The notes beneath the pieces were generated by a model. That model searched no databases. It was not told the DNA's origin and saw only the letters and a list, made by a program, of their open reading frames with translations. DNA of 64,000 bases from Podarcis pityusensis (taxonomy: Eukaryota): NCBI GenBank assembly GCA_964106645.2, contig OZ067041.1; one strand, given 5' to 3'. Below are positions 12,325-25,316 of the stretch, piece after piece. Numbering within the stretch: the first letter of the stretch is position 1; every line of letters begins with the position of its first letter. The position numbers and the translations under genes were made by a program.

Positions 12325-12982
12325 TGATGATGATGATGATGATGATGATTTATTATTTATACCCTGCCCATCTGGCTGGGTTTCCCCAGCCACTCTGAGC
12401 GGCTTCCAACAAAAGATTAAAAGTACATTAAAACATCAGTCGTTAAAAACTTCCCTAAATAGGGCTGCCTTCAGATGTATTCTAAACCTCAGATACAGTG
12501 GAACCTTGTGTTACGGACGGGATCCGTTCCAGAGGCCCATCCGTAACACAGAACTGACGCAAGCCAAAGTGTCGCGTCTGTGCCCACGCACAGCGCGATT
12601 TAGTGCTTCTTTGCATGTGCGAGCAGCAAAGCCTGGAAGTAACCCATTCTGGTACTTCCTGGTTGCCGCAGGATGCAACACGAAAACACGTAACCTGAAG
12701 CGGACGCAACATGAGGTATGACTGTAGTTGTTAATTTCTTTGACATCTGATGGGAGGGCGTTCCACAGGACGGGCGCCACTACTGAGAAGGCCCTCTGCC
12801 TGGTTCCCTGTAACTTCGCTTCTTGCAGTGACGGATCCGCCAGAAGGCCCTTGGTGTTGGACCTCAGTGTCTGGGCTGAATGATGGGGGGTGGAGACGCT
12901 CCTTCAGGTATACTGGGCCCGATGCCATTTAGGGCTTTAAAGGTCAGCACCACCACTTTGAATTGTGCTCGGAAACGTACTA
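12325..12982 (-). mobile_element. L2-like LINE 3' end with (GAT)n tail, interrupted by a MITE
   Basis: Minus-strand peptides APVLWNALP and GPVYLKERL are typical L2 ORF2 C-terminal motifs; simple-repeat tail. Confidence 0.8.
12496..12724. mobile_element. Tc1/pogo-like MITE nested in L2
   Basis: TA|cagtgg...gactg|TA; the L2 sequence resumes after it. Confidence 0.8.
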
Positions 12983-14469
12983 GGATTACGACTGCTGCAG
13001 TTAGTATGGCCATGTTAAAAAGAATTATAAATTACTGCAGTATTGTTTCTGGAGAAAATGCATGTCATGCCTGCCATCTATTTATGTTAAAAACATATAT
13101 GCTTAATTTTTATTAACAGATTTGGATCAATTTAGTCCTAACCAGCAAAAAAGCCTATGGGAAGAAATGGAAATGGGACATAAATCAACCTCTTCACTGT
13201 GTGAAGCTTCATTGGTTGTCTCCGGGATTGGCTAGGCTCATTTGACAGCAGCAAGAAAACAAGCCTTTAATGTTATTGGCCCTGTCCTATGGAAAGCAAT
13301 ACCAGTAAAGTTTCAACAGACTTTAATCTTTAAATGTCTGCTGAACTTTTCTATGCCACCAAGCATATTTAATGTTTTTATTAAAATAAATGAATGAACA
13401 CGGTTGATTCAACCTCATAATCTACATGCAAACACAGATTCTGTCCCCTCTGTAGTTAATATGTTGCATATTCCATTGTGTTTGCAAATGCAAGGCACAC
13501 TCAACATATTCATTTAAATACTGCTTTAAATATTATTTGAACAAGTTGTGCAGCTTCTGCAATATATACTTGATGCTGAATACCCTCCTCATCACTAGAC
13601 CTGGTAGTAAAATATTCAAAGCAGTAAAAACTGAATGGGAGGAGTTGCCTTATTCAATGATGGCCACTTCATGTTGATGATCTCTAGCAGGCCACCCCAC
13701 TGCCCTCCCTTCAAGTATTCATTCTTATCCCCCCCCTCCAACCACCCCTCCTGTCTTTATTAGTCCATCCGTCTTGTTGGAGGATGTGTGGAAGAACTGC
13801 TTGTTACTAAATGCCTGCAAGCACCTTTGTTCCCTCTCCCTGGCAAGAGCACACACCAGCTCGCTCAAAACAAAGAGCCCCAAATAAGCATTCCTTCCTA
13901 AGACTTGACCTTATTGGTGCCGACAGGTAAAATGAGATTTCTAAGTGCAGTTTTTCAAAAGATAATTTGTTAATATGATATTTGATCAGCATTGAAGCCC
14001 ACGCATATCCATTAGGTTGGTGGTGGTCTACCTCTCACTCTTTGTTCCTTCTTTTGCTTTGTTTTCTCTTCAGGCTACCCTTTATTTTCTATTTCTTTGC
14101 TATATCTTGCTTGTTAGCTCTTTCTGAATGTTATGGAGAGGATGGATGCAATGAGGTGGTGTGTTTATATCAAATACATATTTAAAAAATAAATACAGTA
14201 ATGCTATTTGGTGAAAAAATTCCAGCCCGTCACTGAGATGGGTAATGAAACATTCCAAAAGTAAAAAAAGTCAGGACAAATAGTTGTTGGGTCCCAGTAG
14301 TTTTTCTGTGTATGTAGGCACACTTGTTTATATTGTGCCTGTGTTAGCAGTCCTCAGTTTCATCCAGATCTAGTTCTTGTTTATCAGAGTTCCTGTCCTG
14401 TCTCAAATTGTTGTAATTTTTGGTAGCAATTTTATTGACCCTGACAGTGGACTGCCCATTTGCCAAATA

Positions 14470-14687
14470 CAGTGGTACCTCTGGTTACGTACTTAATTCA
14501 TTCTGGAGGTCCGTTCTTAACCTGAAACTGTTCTTAACCTGAAGCACCACTTTAGCTAATGGGGCCTTGCGCCGGTGCCGCCGTGCAATTTCTCTTCTCA
14601 TCCTGAAGCAAAGTTCTTAACCCGAGGTAATATTTCTGGGTTAGAGGAGTCTGTAACCTGAAGTGTATGTAACCCGAGGTACCACTG
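14470..14687. mobile_element. Tc1/pogo(Tigger)-like MITE
   Basis: TA TSD; TIR cagtggtacctc / gaggtaccactg. Confidence 0.9.
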
Positions 14688-14795
14688 TATTACAAAAGAG
14701 ATCCCCATGGCTTTGCAACTTGTTAGGATTCCTCTTTGTTCTAATTTTGACCATATTTAATTTGTACTCTTTCTTCCCTTTTCCCCTGCCAATAG

Positions 14796-14941
14796 GTTGT
14801 GGAAGACTATGCTGGAAGATGGCAGGTTCCTCTGCCACAGCTTCAAGTGCTTCAGACAGCGCTCTGTTGTTTCACATCTGCTTGTGTATCATTCCCAACT
14901 GATTGTGAGCACGTGCAGTATGTGCTGAGTAGCTTAGCCTT
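14796..14941 (+). CDS. ZNF654: ZNF654 exon 2 (VVEDYAGRWQVPLPQLQVLQTALCCF...VLSSLA)
   Basis: Polypyrimidine tract + AG; donor TT|GTAAGT; 146 nt. Confidence 0.95.
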
Positions 14942-16199
14942 GTAAGTATTATTATTTCACTCTTCATCCTGTAAGATTCCAACGTTGTGAACAAGTAAAA
15001 GTGCTAAACTATATCATAAAATATATAATGAAACCATAAAGAATAGTTTGAGGCCTCAGCAAACCTGTACAACTGGTTAATAAAAATGCCTGGGAAAATA
15101 GAAACAGAACAACTTCAGCAGAACATGTCAAAGCAAAATATTTGTTTCTCCTATTTCTGTCCTAATTTTCTGGATAATTCATCACTTGAGAAATGCATAG
15201 TCAATGACAACTCTGTGTATTTTCTGAGTTAAGTGTTGTGAAGAAGATTAATCTCTCATTCCCCCCCCCCCATGCAAAAATCAATGGTTGTTGTCATAAC
15301 CATTTCACAAGTTTCAGTTTGTAACTAACAATATCCTCCTGTGTGTTCACATGTAAGGCTGGGATTGGCCTATATATATTATTGGGTGATAGTTCTCATT
15401 TTCCACATGTTAATTAATCTAGCTCTATGATAGATTTGGGGGGGGGGGTGTGGATTTTCCCTTGTGAATTTAAGACGTGAAACAGAGCTGAAGATTTCAT
15501 AGAAAAGCTAGTTTTAGATGGGATGGTGTTATTACTATTTTTAAAAGAAACTTAATTGTTGATATGCCATATTAGGATGTTTGCTTATTTTAAATTGGAA
15601 ACCAGCTCAAGCACTTGATAAACCTGCTTTGAGCATTTTTTAAAAAATGATGATCAAAATAATCTGTGATCAGACTGAAATACCTTTTATTTTTAATCCC
15701 CTGTCTGCCTCACGTCTGCCACCTCTGTAAATAATAGTTGTGTTCAGATTGACTTGTGAGTCACAAGTTCCTGTACAGTCTCTGTTTTGAAATACTGAAA
15801 GCTCAATCTTGTCTCTTTTTGATACATATCAGCCAGTATCAGCTGCCAGTGCAGAGTATGTACTGGGTGTGGGAGAGGTTTTCCTTGGCTGGTGAAGACT
15901 AGGAGACACTTGGCTAGTTGCTGGCTGGAATTACCAGTCTCTTCCTTAGGCACTGCACATTAAAAAGCTCAAATCTGTAGTTGATCAATATTGATGTAGT
16001 TTCTTTAAGTGTTCTATACCTTAACTAGATTTCCGTATTTTTACAATGATGCTTCAGTACTTTTGTTCACCACGGCAAGTATGACACTGCTTTCTGAAGA
16101 ATGTAGCAAGCTGCCAGCCTTCCTCCCAACTTTGAAGCGGCATAGGGATAGAGATAACCCTGGCATTTACACAGAAATCTCCAGCTTGAAGGTTTTGAG

Positions 16200-16335
16200 C
16201 AGGCATAGGCAAACTCGGCCCTCCAGATGTTTTGGGCTTACAATTCCCATCATCCTTGACCACTGGTCCTGTTAGCTAGTGATGGTGGGAGTTATAGTCC
16301 CAAAACATCTGGAGGGCTGAGTTTGCCTGTGCCTG
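16200..16335. mobile_element. 136-bp palindromic hAT MITE
   Basis: cagg...cctg termini; 8-bp TSD gttttgag at 16192 and 16336. Confidence 0.9.
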
Positions 16336-17143
16336 GTTTTGAGGAAGAATTTTGGCTTCCAGATGTGTTCATTTATGCCTTTAAATTTTGCCTGTGAACT
16401 AAAATAATCAGCACTTTTGTTTGAGGTACTGTTTGTGTCACGAATGCCTTAGCAGAGGCTTGTAAAAGAAGTTACTTGTATTTTTGGCAGGAAGGCCAGA
16501 ATGGATAGTGAAACATGTTTGGAACTTCCCTTGCAGATTCCTATAAGGGTTGCTTCTCATAATACCACATGCATTTGGGATCATTAGGTTAGATTATCCA
16601 GGAAGCTGGAGTTGACTGGCTCTCTCTCCTCTTAGGTTCCGCAATCTTGAGGATTGCCCACTGCGTAGCCATTATGAAGTTGAATACTGATAGGACTGAA
16701 TTAATACTGACTGGCAAGCCATGTGCAATACGAGGGAAGGGATAGTCAGAATTAATGCTGACTTCATAGCAGAAATGGGGATTCTGTGGCCGTCCAGATG
16801 CTGCTGAACTACAGTTATTGTCATCCCCAACCACTGAACATTCTTGCTGGCAGGAGTTGGAATTCAGGAGCTTCTGGACAGCCACAGGTTCCCAGTCCCT
16901 TCCTATCTCAGTCACACAAGTTTCATCTTCATGATACATAAGTGAGAACATATGCTAGTGCTCTAGTATATTCAGTGGCTTCCTTATGTGTTCTGATGCA
17001 ATTCAGGGTGCTTGTTGATATAAAGCCCACAGGGGCTAGTGTCACATTGGTGCTTAGTTTAAAATTCTGCGCTTAAAACTTGTGAACTAAATATGTCTTC
17101 ATTTTTTGCCTCGTTTTTGATTCCTAATTGCTTTGATTTTTAG

Positions 17144-17225
17144 GAGTTTTTTTGAATTGCTGCTGTTCTTTGGAAAGGATGAATTCTATGAAGATCCTTT
17201 AAAAGATATGCTGGGCTCAATCCAG
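17144..17225 (+). CDS. ZNF654: ZNF654 exon 3 (SFFELLLFFGKDEFYEDPLKDMLGSIQ)
   Basis: ttttag| acceptor; CAG|GTAATT donor; 82 nt. Confidence 0.95.
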
Positions 17226-18084
17226 GTAATTTATTGTTCATATGTTTGAGGAAAGGCTATTATTACAGTTTTCAGAGTATGTGACAGAGACTCAGTAAGC
17301 AAAAAGTAGCCTCCTGCTTTGAAAAATCTTAAAATTGAGAAATGAGATCACTGGTAAATATTTTATGTTATGATCAGTAAGATTAGCTTTTTATGCTAAA
17401 CTTCCCTAGGACAAGGATGGCCAACTTTTTTCAGCCTGTGACTTTGGATCCCACAGTTACAGTGTTGTGTCCTCACATGCACACTGGGAAAGTACAGTAG
17501 AAAACAATTTTTTAGTGCTAAATGACAAGGTGCTTACAGGGAGCTGTCAATTGGAAATAAGCCTGAGAGTCACACAGCTTTTTGCCAGGCCAATACCATT
17601 CTCTGATGTCTTTCTTGTAGCCTTTTCACTCACCAAGAACACTGAGCACTTTGGGCTTGCCTCCCAGCATTGCCACTGCCATCTCAGCCTTCACCCTGTG
17701 ACGCAATGAGAGAATGTTGCAGAAGTCTCTGTGATATATTTGTGTGCTGCTGGGGGTGTTGGGGAAGGAAAGCTTGAGAGAGCTAGTCAAGGTGCATTGA
17801 GAAGGGTAACCTGAACACATTACTGGCCAGCACTCTGACCTAGTCAAGATATCTCTTTTATCTTCATTTTTTAAAATTTTTATTTTAAACTTTGAAAATA
17901 CGAATGTAAACAACGGAAAAGGTTGCCCTTAACTCATGACATAAGCTAAACGAGAATTAATGCTTTAAATGTATTTTACCCTGTGTGTATATGGAATTAT
18001 ATTAAATTATGCAATTTATTTATGAAAAGACAAACAAAGCTCAGTCCACTTGATGTATTAAAGAAATATTTGTATCCATTTTAG

Positions 18085-18220
18085 GAATGTCAGAACCTCT
18101 TGAGCAGATACGGAAGCGTTAATTTGGAGTTGGTGACTCGAATTATCAGAGATGGAGGGCCTTGGGAAGATCCTATATTACAAGCTGTCCTTAAAGCAAA
18201 GCCAGTTTCTCAGGAGTTGG
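18085..18220 (+). CDS. ZNF654: ZNF654 exon 4 (ECQNLLSRYGSVNLELVTRIIRDGGPWEDP...)
   Basis: ttttag| acceptor; weak donor TGG|GTACTA; 136 nt. Confidence 0.93.
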
Positions 18221-19204
18221 GTACTAAACTTTTTTCCATAAATAGACCAAAATAGTACCACAGAGAAATGTCCTAAATCATGATATCTGCTTATAATTTT
18301 ATGTAACTTCATTTGCAGGTTGTCTGTCACTCATTTTATACTGGGGATAGCAGGGTAGAATTGACATTTATAATTTCATTATTTTTCCCCCCAAAACGGA
18401 ATTTCTCTTCCTCCCTGCTGTATCATTATTCCCAGGGCAGCCGACAGTTATGGAAAAGAAAGAAAAAAGAACACCCCATAAAATCACATAACAGAATAAA
18501 ATGAATTGCCATGGAAATTAAAAGACACGGGTGGAATAAGTGCCCCATGTTATTCTTAATATGAGCACACTAGTCTTGCCCTATTGGCCACTTATACATG
18601 TGGAGCTTTCAATTTCTGTGTATTGCTCCTGATGAGCAAAGAGTTCAAAGAACAACTCCATGCATTTCCCCCAGTTGTCTATACAAATCTTCCCCTCACT
18701 CAATTGTGAAACATTTGCTTGTATCGGAGTTTGAAATGCAATTGTAATGAAGAATATTGCAGTAAAAGGCTTACAGTTGTCATTAAACAGTCACTGGGGC
18801 TGAGTTAATATGAAAGAGGCATGTGGCAGTGGAGGTGATATGCTATTTCCTGTTAATGTAAGAATTTTTATACTGATTTCTAAAGTAGCTGACACCTAAC
18901 TGACCTCATTCTATTATTAATCTAGATATTTTACCAATTTTTTTTTATTAAATTTGTTAGTTTGTTACAGAAAAAACATACTTAGTACAGGTAAAAATAC
19001 AGTATAATATAACCAGATTTACACAAAAACATGTGCAATTCATAAATATGCAAAGCAATTTGTTGGGAGGTTGACCTAGCATAATTTGTTAACTTTAACA
19101 GAAGCTCTTACCTTACATCTTTATAAAATAGAACTTTTTGTTTAACCTATGTTGCAATTTAAGATTTTTGTAATCTAACTGTTTTTTTCATTTGTTTTTA
19201 CCAG

Positions 19205-19407
19205 TTAACAAATATTTAAGCTCTGAAAACCCACTGTTCTTTGAATTGCGTGCCAGATACCTTATTGCCTGTGAACGCATCCCAGAGGCAATGGCTCTAA
19301 TCAAATCTTGCATGAATCATCCAGATATTAGTAAAGACCTTTACTTCCATCAAGCATTTTTCATGTGTCTTTATATGTCACCACTGGAAGACCAGCTTTT
19401 TCAAGAG
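19205..19407 (+). CDS. ZNF654: ZNF654 exon 5 (NKYLSSENPLFFELRARYLIACERIPEA...QLFQE)
   Basis: Within ORF 19192-19443; accag| acceptor; GAG|GTACTG donor; 203 nt. Confidence 0.95.
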
Positions 19408-19961
19408 GTACTGTTCAACACATTTTTGTGCTTAACAATATAGCTTAATGTTTTGATGATAATTGATATTTGATAATTGATATTATAGCAAAGTAGACAA
19501 ATGGTAAAACAAGGATGTTTTAAAATCAAATTCCTGCACTAAATATCAAACTTTGTACAGAATATAATTTCTGAAGAGCAATAGAAGCTGTTTCCATCCT
19601 AATGCTAGCATTGCACTACCCCTACTCCAGAACTGGATGTTCATAGTTGGTGTGATGGGGGCCATATAGAAGTAAATGGAGAGGTGAAATTGATGGGACC
19701 AAATTGCAAGCAGTTCCTGATGAGATCCATGTTTTCTCATGGCGTGGGGGGGAGTGAGTGAGAGAAAACGGTTTATAGTGTTAATTAATGTTATTTAAAA
19801 CATAAAACAGTTTTAAAACATGTTAGGCTGGAACAGTATTAATTGTTAGTCTTCTCAATGGAATCCCATAGCAGTGGCACTAAATTTCCTGCAACACTGG
19901 CAACCATGCTGCTGAAAGCTAGTGCCTTCTTTTGCTTGCGAGTTATTGAAATGCTGTATGT

Positions 19962-20322
19962 AAGGTTAAAGGTAAAGGACCCCTGGATGGTTAAGTCCAG
20001 TCAAATGCAACTATGGGGTACAGCCCTTATCTCACTTCGGGCTGAGGAAGCCGGCGTTTGTCTGCAGACATCTTTCCGTGCTATGTGGCCAGCATGACTA
20101 AACTGCTTCTGGTGCAATGGGACACCATGACGAGTGCCAGAGTGCATGGAAATGCCATTTACCTTCCCATCACAGTAGTACCTATTTATCTACACGTACT
20201 GCTATGTTTTTGAACTGCTAGGTTGGCAGAAGCTGGAACAGAACAACAGGAGTTCACCCCTCGCGCGGATTCAAACTGCCAACCTTCTGATTGGCAATCC
20301 CAAGAGACTCAGTGGTTTAGAC
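19962..20322 (-). mobile_element. Older near-full-length Sauria SINE
   Basis: aaggtaaaggacccc tail; conserved blocks gtggccagcatgact and tacctatttatctac. Confidence 0.85.
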
Positions 20323-20940
20323 CTTGTTCAGAAACAGTGTTGATGCAGAAAAAATGTATGCCTCAGGCAGTGATGAGTCTAAAACATGGTCTCCAATTCT
20401 CTAAATAGTCATCTTATACACAGATAGCATGCATACATTAGTAATTTATTCTGGAATTAAAATAATACTTGATACTATCTTAGTCACTCTGCTACAAAAC
20501 TAATAAGGTAGCAATTTTTACTCTGTTACAATCTATAGTTTTACATAGGTTTGAATAAAAATACATCAATTTACAGCAAGTTATAGTTTACTGCTAAACT
20601 TCCATCACAAGTTTCTGTGTGTGTTAATATTATGAAGTTATTTTCTTATCCCTTTTAATGTTGTTACTGAACGTTTTTGGGATGCATTTTACTGAAATCA
20701 AATTTCCAAACTAGCTGCTTACAAGGGTCAAATATATGTTGCATAGAAACTGCCTTAATATACTTCCATTCTAAAATAAAAATCTAGGCAACATTCCCAA
20801 TCCTAACCCAAAATAAAATTGGCATTCATATTTGACAGCAATCGCTCTAGTAGCAGCAGTTTGAGGATTCCAATTACTGTTAAATGGTGAGCATTAATGT
20901 TACTAGACTTACTCAAATGGATCTCATTTTGATTGTATAG

Positions 20941-21080
20941 CATTTGCTGAGGACTGATTGCAAGAATGGCACTGAAATCATCTGCAACATTGCAAAGGAA
21001 GGGAAGACTGCCTTAGCCTTGTACCTTTGTGAATCATTCCTTATTCCACAGCTCAAAAAGGGAGAGATGTATTGCATATG
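20941..21080 (+). CDS. ZNF654: ZNF654 exon 6 (HLLRTDCKNGTEIICNIAKEGKTALALYLCESFLIPQL...)
   Basis: gtatag| acceptor; ATG|GTAAAT donor; 140 nt. Confidence 0.93.
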
Positions 21081-21257
21081 GTAAATACTTTATCTCTCAT
21101 AATATTCTGTTATGGTAACATAATATCTGCAGGTTGTAGATTCATATTGCTACTAAAGACTAGTAGAAGTATAACTTATAGTTGTAACTAATACATAGTC
21201 AAGATTTCACTTTTCTGAATTGCTGTTGAAGATACCCGTACAGCATGGGATATACTG

Positions 21258-21262
<5 letters not shown>

Positions 21263-21341
<79 letters not shown>
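21263..21341. repeat. (CT)n microsatellite
   Basis: Seen directly, in ZNF654 intron 6. Confidence 0.95.
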
Positions 21342-21478
21342 GCGTGCGTCTGCGTTTATAATCCTGAGTTATATGTAAATTACTGTGTTCTTAGTAGCAT
21401 AATTACTCTTTTATAAATATTTCACTTACAGAATTGCTGTTTGAGCTTCTTGCTAACAAACCACTTTCTGTTTTATAG

Positions 21479-21620
21479 GGAGCTGATCTTTATTTGGAGT
21501 AAACTGCAGCTTAAATCTAATCCATCAAAACAAGTATTTGTAGAGCAATGCTACCACCTCCTAAGGATAGCTACAAACATAAGAGTTATATTCCCTTTCA
21601 TGAAAGTTATTAGGGATGAA
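21479..21620 (+). CDS. ZNF654: ZNF654 exon 7 (ELIFIWSKLQLKSNPSKQVF...IRDE)
   Basis: Within ORF 21441-21668; ttatag| acceptor; GAA|GTAAGT donor; 142 nt. Confidence 0.95.
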
Positions 21621-22707
21621 GTAAGTTATTGTTTCTTGCAAACTTCTTTTTTTTTAAAAAAATACTAGATTCCACCACGGCTATGAATAATTATTGTACA
21701 CAGAGTACAGTTGCATAATAGAACTTTTAGTTTAAATGTCAGGAAATTGTTTATAGATGCTGCAACTGAGATAGGAGCATTGCAGACATAACTCTTAATC
21801 ATAATTAATGCTAACCACTATTTTAATCCTGGTTAAGATCCAAAACATACAGTGAAATCATGGTTTAGTTTGCAGCAGAAATGTACACAGTGCCACTACT
21901 GAAACTTGTAGTTCTTTGTCTGTATAGGGACATAAGATCAAGTGGTGTTTAAACAGAAACTTTGAAGATTGTTTTTATTGCATCTAGCTTGTTAGTTTTT
22001 TGCATTCTGTAAATTTATTTGAGAAAAATGCATTTAAAAAATAATAATCTTCCAGTGTTACTTGTCTATATTGCCATTGTTACTTATGCCATCAAGTATT
22101 TATTCAATAACTTTATTACTCATTTCATTGCACTATAATGTAGGCATACTTCAATAAGATGCATACATTATATGTGCATCTGAAGATTGTGTGTTGCACC
22201 ATAAGGGAAATATGTCTCTTCCTCACTTTTACATCACCATGAAAGTACAACCAGAAGTATTACTTCCTTCTAACATACAGAGGTGCAACTTGGTGCTTTC
22301 AGAGGTCTCCTTTATAAATCTGTAACAGTTGTGTGAGTATATGGGAGGCTGCTGTAGCCTCAGGCCATCAGTCTAGCTCATATCAAGGAAGACAACTTCA
22401 TTGGCCCTTCCCCTGGTGTAATACTCCAATTGAAGGCTTGCTATAATAGTCATGGTGTAATAGAAAACAATAACTGTTGATTAAGAACGTAACATGGCAA
22501 AAATAATACTTTGGGGCTAAACAGAAACTTTTTTTTAAACAACATATTTGGCAGGGATGTTTATGCCTGCTCCATTCAGTATATTATAATCTGTAAATAG
22601 CTGTAGAATATTATGAGATGTAGAAGGATCCCAGTAAATTGGATTGTCTTTGTGTTCTGGGTTTTGAAAACATTGGTAAGTTATATTGTCTCATTTCTTT
22701 TCCATAG

Positions 22708-24985
22708 GTTGGCAAAGAAGGCCTGCAGATTTGTGTAGAGATATGTGGAAGTGCTCTCCAGTTGGATCTCCGTGATGATCCAAAAATGAAGTGTCTGATA
22801 TATAAAACCATTGCTCACTTTTTGCCAAATGACTTGGAGATTGTCAGAATATGTGCTCTTTCTGTCTTTTTCCTTGAGCGCACCTTGGAATCATATAGCA
22901 CAGTTGAACATCTGTATAAATGTGCGGATGAAGAGTACAACGATCAAACCAGTTCTGTACAGAATCGTGTGCGTTTTGAGCTGCTTCCAATTTTGAAAAA
23001 GGGCTTGTTCTTTGATCCCGAGTTCTGGAATTTCTTGATGATCAAGCAGAACTGTTTAGCACTGCTAAAGGAGAAAGCATCTGTTGATTTGAATAAAACT
23101 ACGCCAGGGCATTCTTCTGCACATGTTTCAAAGACACGTCGAGGATTGCGTGGTGATCAAGCCTGTATAGCTGATGTAAACAACACAGAACTTGAGCATG
23201 ATAGCCCTTCTGGAGCACATGATAATTCCAAGAAAAACCATATAACTCTCAGCTCATCTAAAGTCGATCACAATGTACCAAGGCACCGTTGTGTGTTATG
23301 TAACAGGGAATTTCTTGGTGGTCACATTGTGAGGCATGCACAAGCTCATCAGAAAAAAGGCAGTTTTTCCTGTGTAATGTGTCGCAGGAAATTCAGGCAA
23401 AAAGGAATAATGCTCAAGCACTTAAAGAATCACATCAAGAAAATGGCAAGGCGTCACCTTGCTGTTACTTGTCATGATCAGGAAACCCCTAATGTAAATG
23501 AAATAAACTGTGCCGATACAGGTGTCGCAACTGAAAATGGGAAGTCGGAAAGCTGCAAAGACAGCAAAGTAGAGGTTGTCATCATACCGGATACAAATCA
23601 GGAGATGCAGAATTCTGAACTCCTATTTGATATAACTGAAAATCATGATAGTTGCCAGGGTACCATTATTGAAAATGGTAGTTGTGATAGCTGTTCAAAT
23701 AATACTCCTGAACCAGAAACCATGGGAGGATTTCCAGAAAGTGATAGCAACCTAAATAAAGAGTTGCCTGTACTTCATAAAGTAAATGGTGTGTTATGCC
23801 CTCAGAATGACTTTGACATTATGGACCAAGCAGGTAACTTCAAGTGTCCTGCTAATGGCTGTATTAGAGTCTTTAAAAAGATAAGATTTCTGAATAAACA
23901 TGCCCGGAAAGCTCACCCCTCTGATTTGAAGGTGCAAGAACACATAATGAAGTCTAATAAAGGAAAATGTCGCTTCTGTCAGAGAAAGTTTTTTGATTCT
24001 CAACATTTTATTGATCATCTAAAGCAGCATGTTTATCCAAATGTTTATTTTTGTTTACACTTTAACTGCAATCAGAGATTTAAGCTATCCACAGAACTTG
24101 CGGAGCATATAAAAAGCCACAGTGAGTTTAAAGCTCAGTGTAACTTTGCACAGTGCGGTAAACTTTTTGAAGATCTTTCGTTGCTGTATGAGCATGAAGC
24201 TCAGCATTATTCCAACAAAACTGGTCCTTTGGAAGAAGCTGATGAAAACATTTTTTCAGATACTACTTTGGAATCCCAGTGTAGCATCCAGGAAAAAGAG
24301 AGTAGTAATAGTAAAAAGGAGACTGTAATAGACTTGCCAGTTCCAACATGGAAAGCGAGGAAAGATTCTACAGAACCAAAGACTTACATTCAGAGTGAGA
24401 AGAAAATTAATAGTGTAATTCCAAATGGGAATGAAAATGCATGTGAAGGTACTGCTACAGTGGTGAACTTGATAGACCAAAAGATACCTGCGGTAGAGCC
24501 AAATTCAGAGAACTGTAATGTTACTGACCAACTAGTCAATGGGTATGGTGAACTGGAACAGACTTCTTCAGCATCCCTAGATACTGATTCAGAAAGTGTG
24601 ATTGACAAAACAAGGACAGAAAATGGATCCGTTCTGCCTGTTTTACAGAACTCTCCTGATACACCACCAAACAGTGTTGCTCAGTTGCCTTCCAAACCAA
24701 ATCTGATAACAGAAAATACTTCATATGGCTTAATTTTAACAAAGCCTTTTGTTAGACCATTGCCACCAAGTTACCTGGATGAGCGATACATTAGCATGCC
24801 AAAACGTAGAAAAACTTTGACTGAGAAAGTAGATACCCATTCAGAACAAGATAAAACTAGTAGCAAATCGGAAAGGTTAAGATGCAGCAAATGCCTGACC
24901 ACCTACTGTAACTCAGAAGCACTTGAGCTTCACCTTGCACAAAAGAAATGTCGGACACTCTTTGGATTCGATTCAGATGATGAAA
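22708..24985 (+). CDS. ZNF654: ZNF654 exon 8, large zinc-finger exon (6 C2H2 + terminal C2HC finger)
   Basis: ORF 22762-24996. Fingers start CVLC, CVMC, CPANGC, CRFC, CLHFNC, CNFAQC, CSKC. ccatag| acceptor; GAAA|GTAAGT donor; 2278 nt. Confidence 0.96.
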
Positions 24986-25308
24986 GTAAGTTTTGAAATA
25001 CTAGGTCCATGTATAGTTGTAAAAGCATTAGACAAGATACAGTGGAAACAAGCATGTGCCAGACAAATATTGAAAATGAGTGCGGTACATTTAAGGAGAA
25101 ATGAATCCAAAATGTTAGGGTAGATAGATGCAAGAAACAATTGAATATAAGCTGTCAGATTTAGAATATAGGCAAGCAAGTTAGTTTGAGTGCTTTTTTA
25201 AAGACAGTATTCCGTACTTGTTAAGTAGCTGAATTCCAGTATAAAACAAGAATAGAGAGTACCTCATTGTGTATACTGTAAACATAATAATGTAATATTT
25301 GTTCACAG

Positions 25309-25316
25309 GTGCCTGA
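25309..25316 (+). CDS. ZNF654: ZNF654 exon 9 coding part (..S A stop)
   Basis: gttcacag|GT GCC TGA completes DDESA*, matching the recalled human C-terminus. Confidence 0.85.

Larger units (their letters stand above)
7204..25316 (+). other. ZNF654: ZNF654 gene coding span: 9 exons, 3267 nt CDS, 1088 aa; RLF/ZNF292-family zinc-finger protein
   Basis: Exons join in frame through GT-AG introns with phases 0,2,0,1,0,2,0,1. Protein matches recalled ZNF654 from MAEDESDQ to FGFDSDDESA. Confidence 0.95.
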
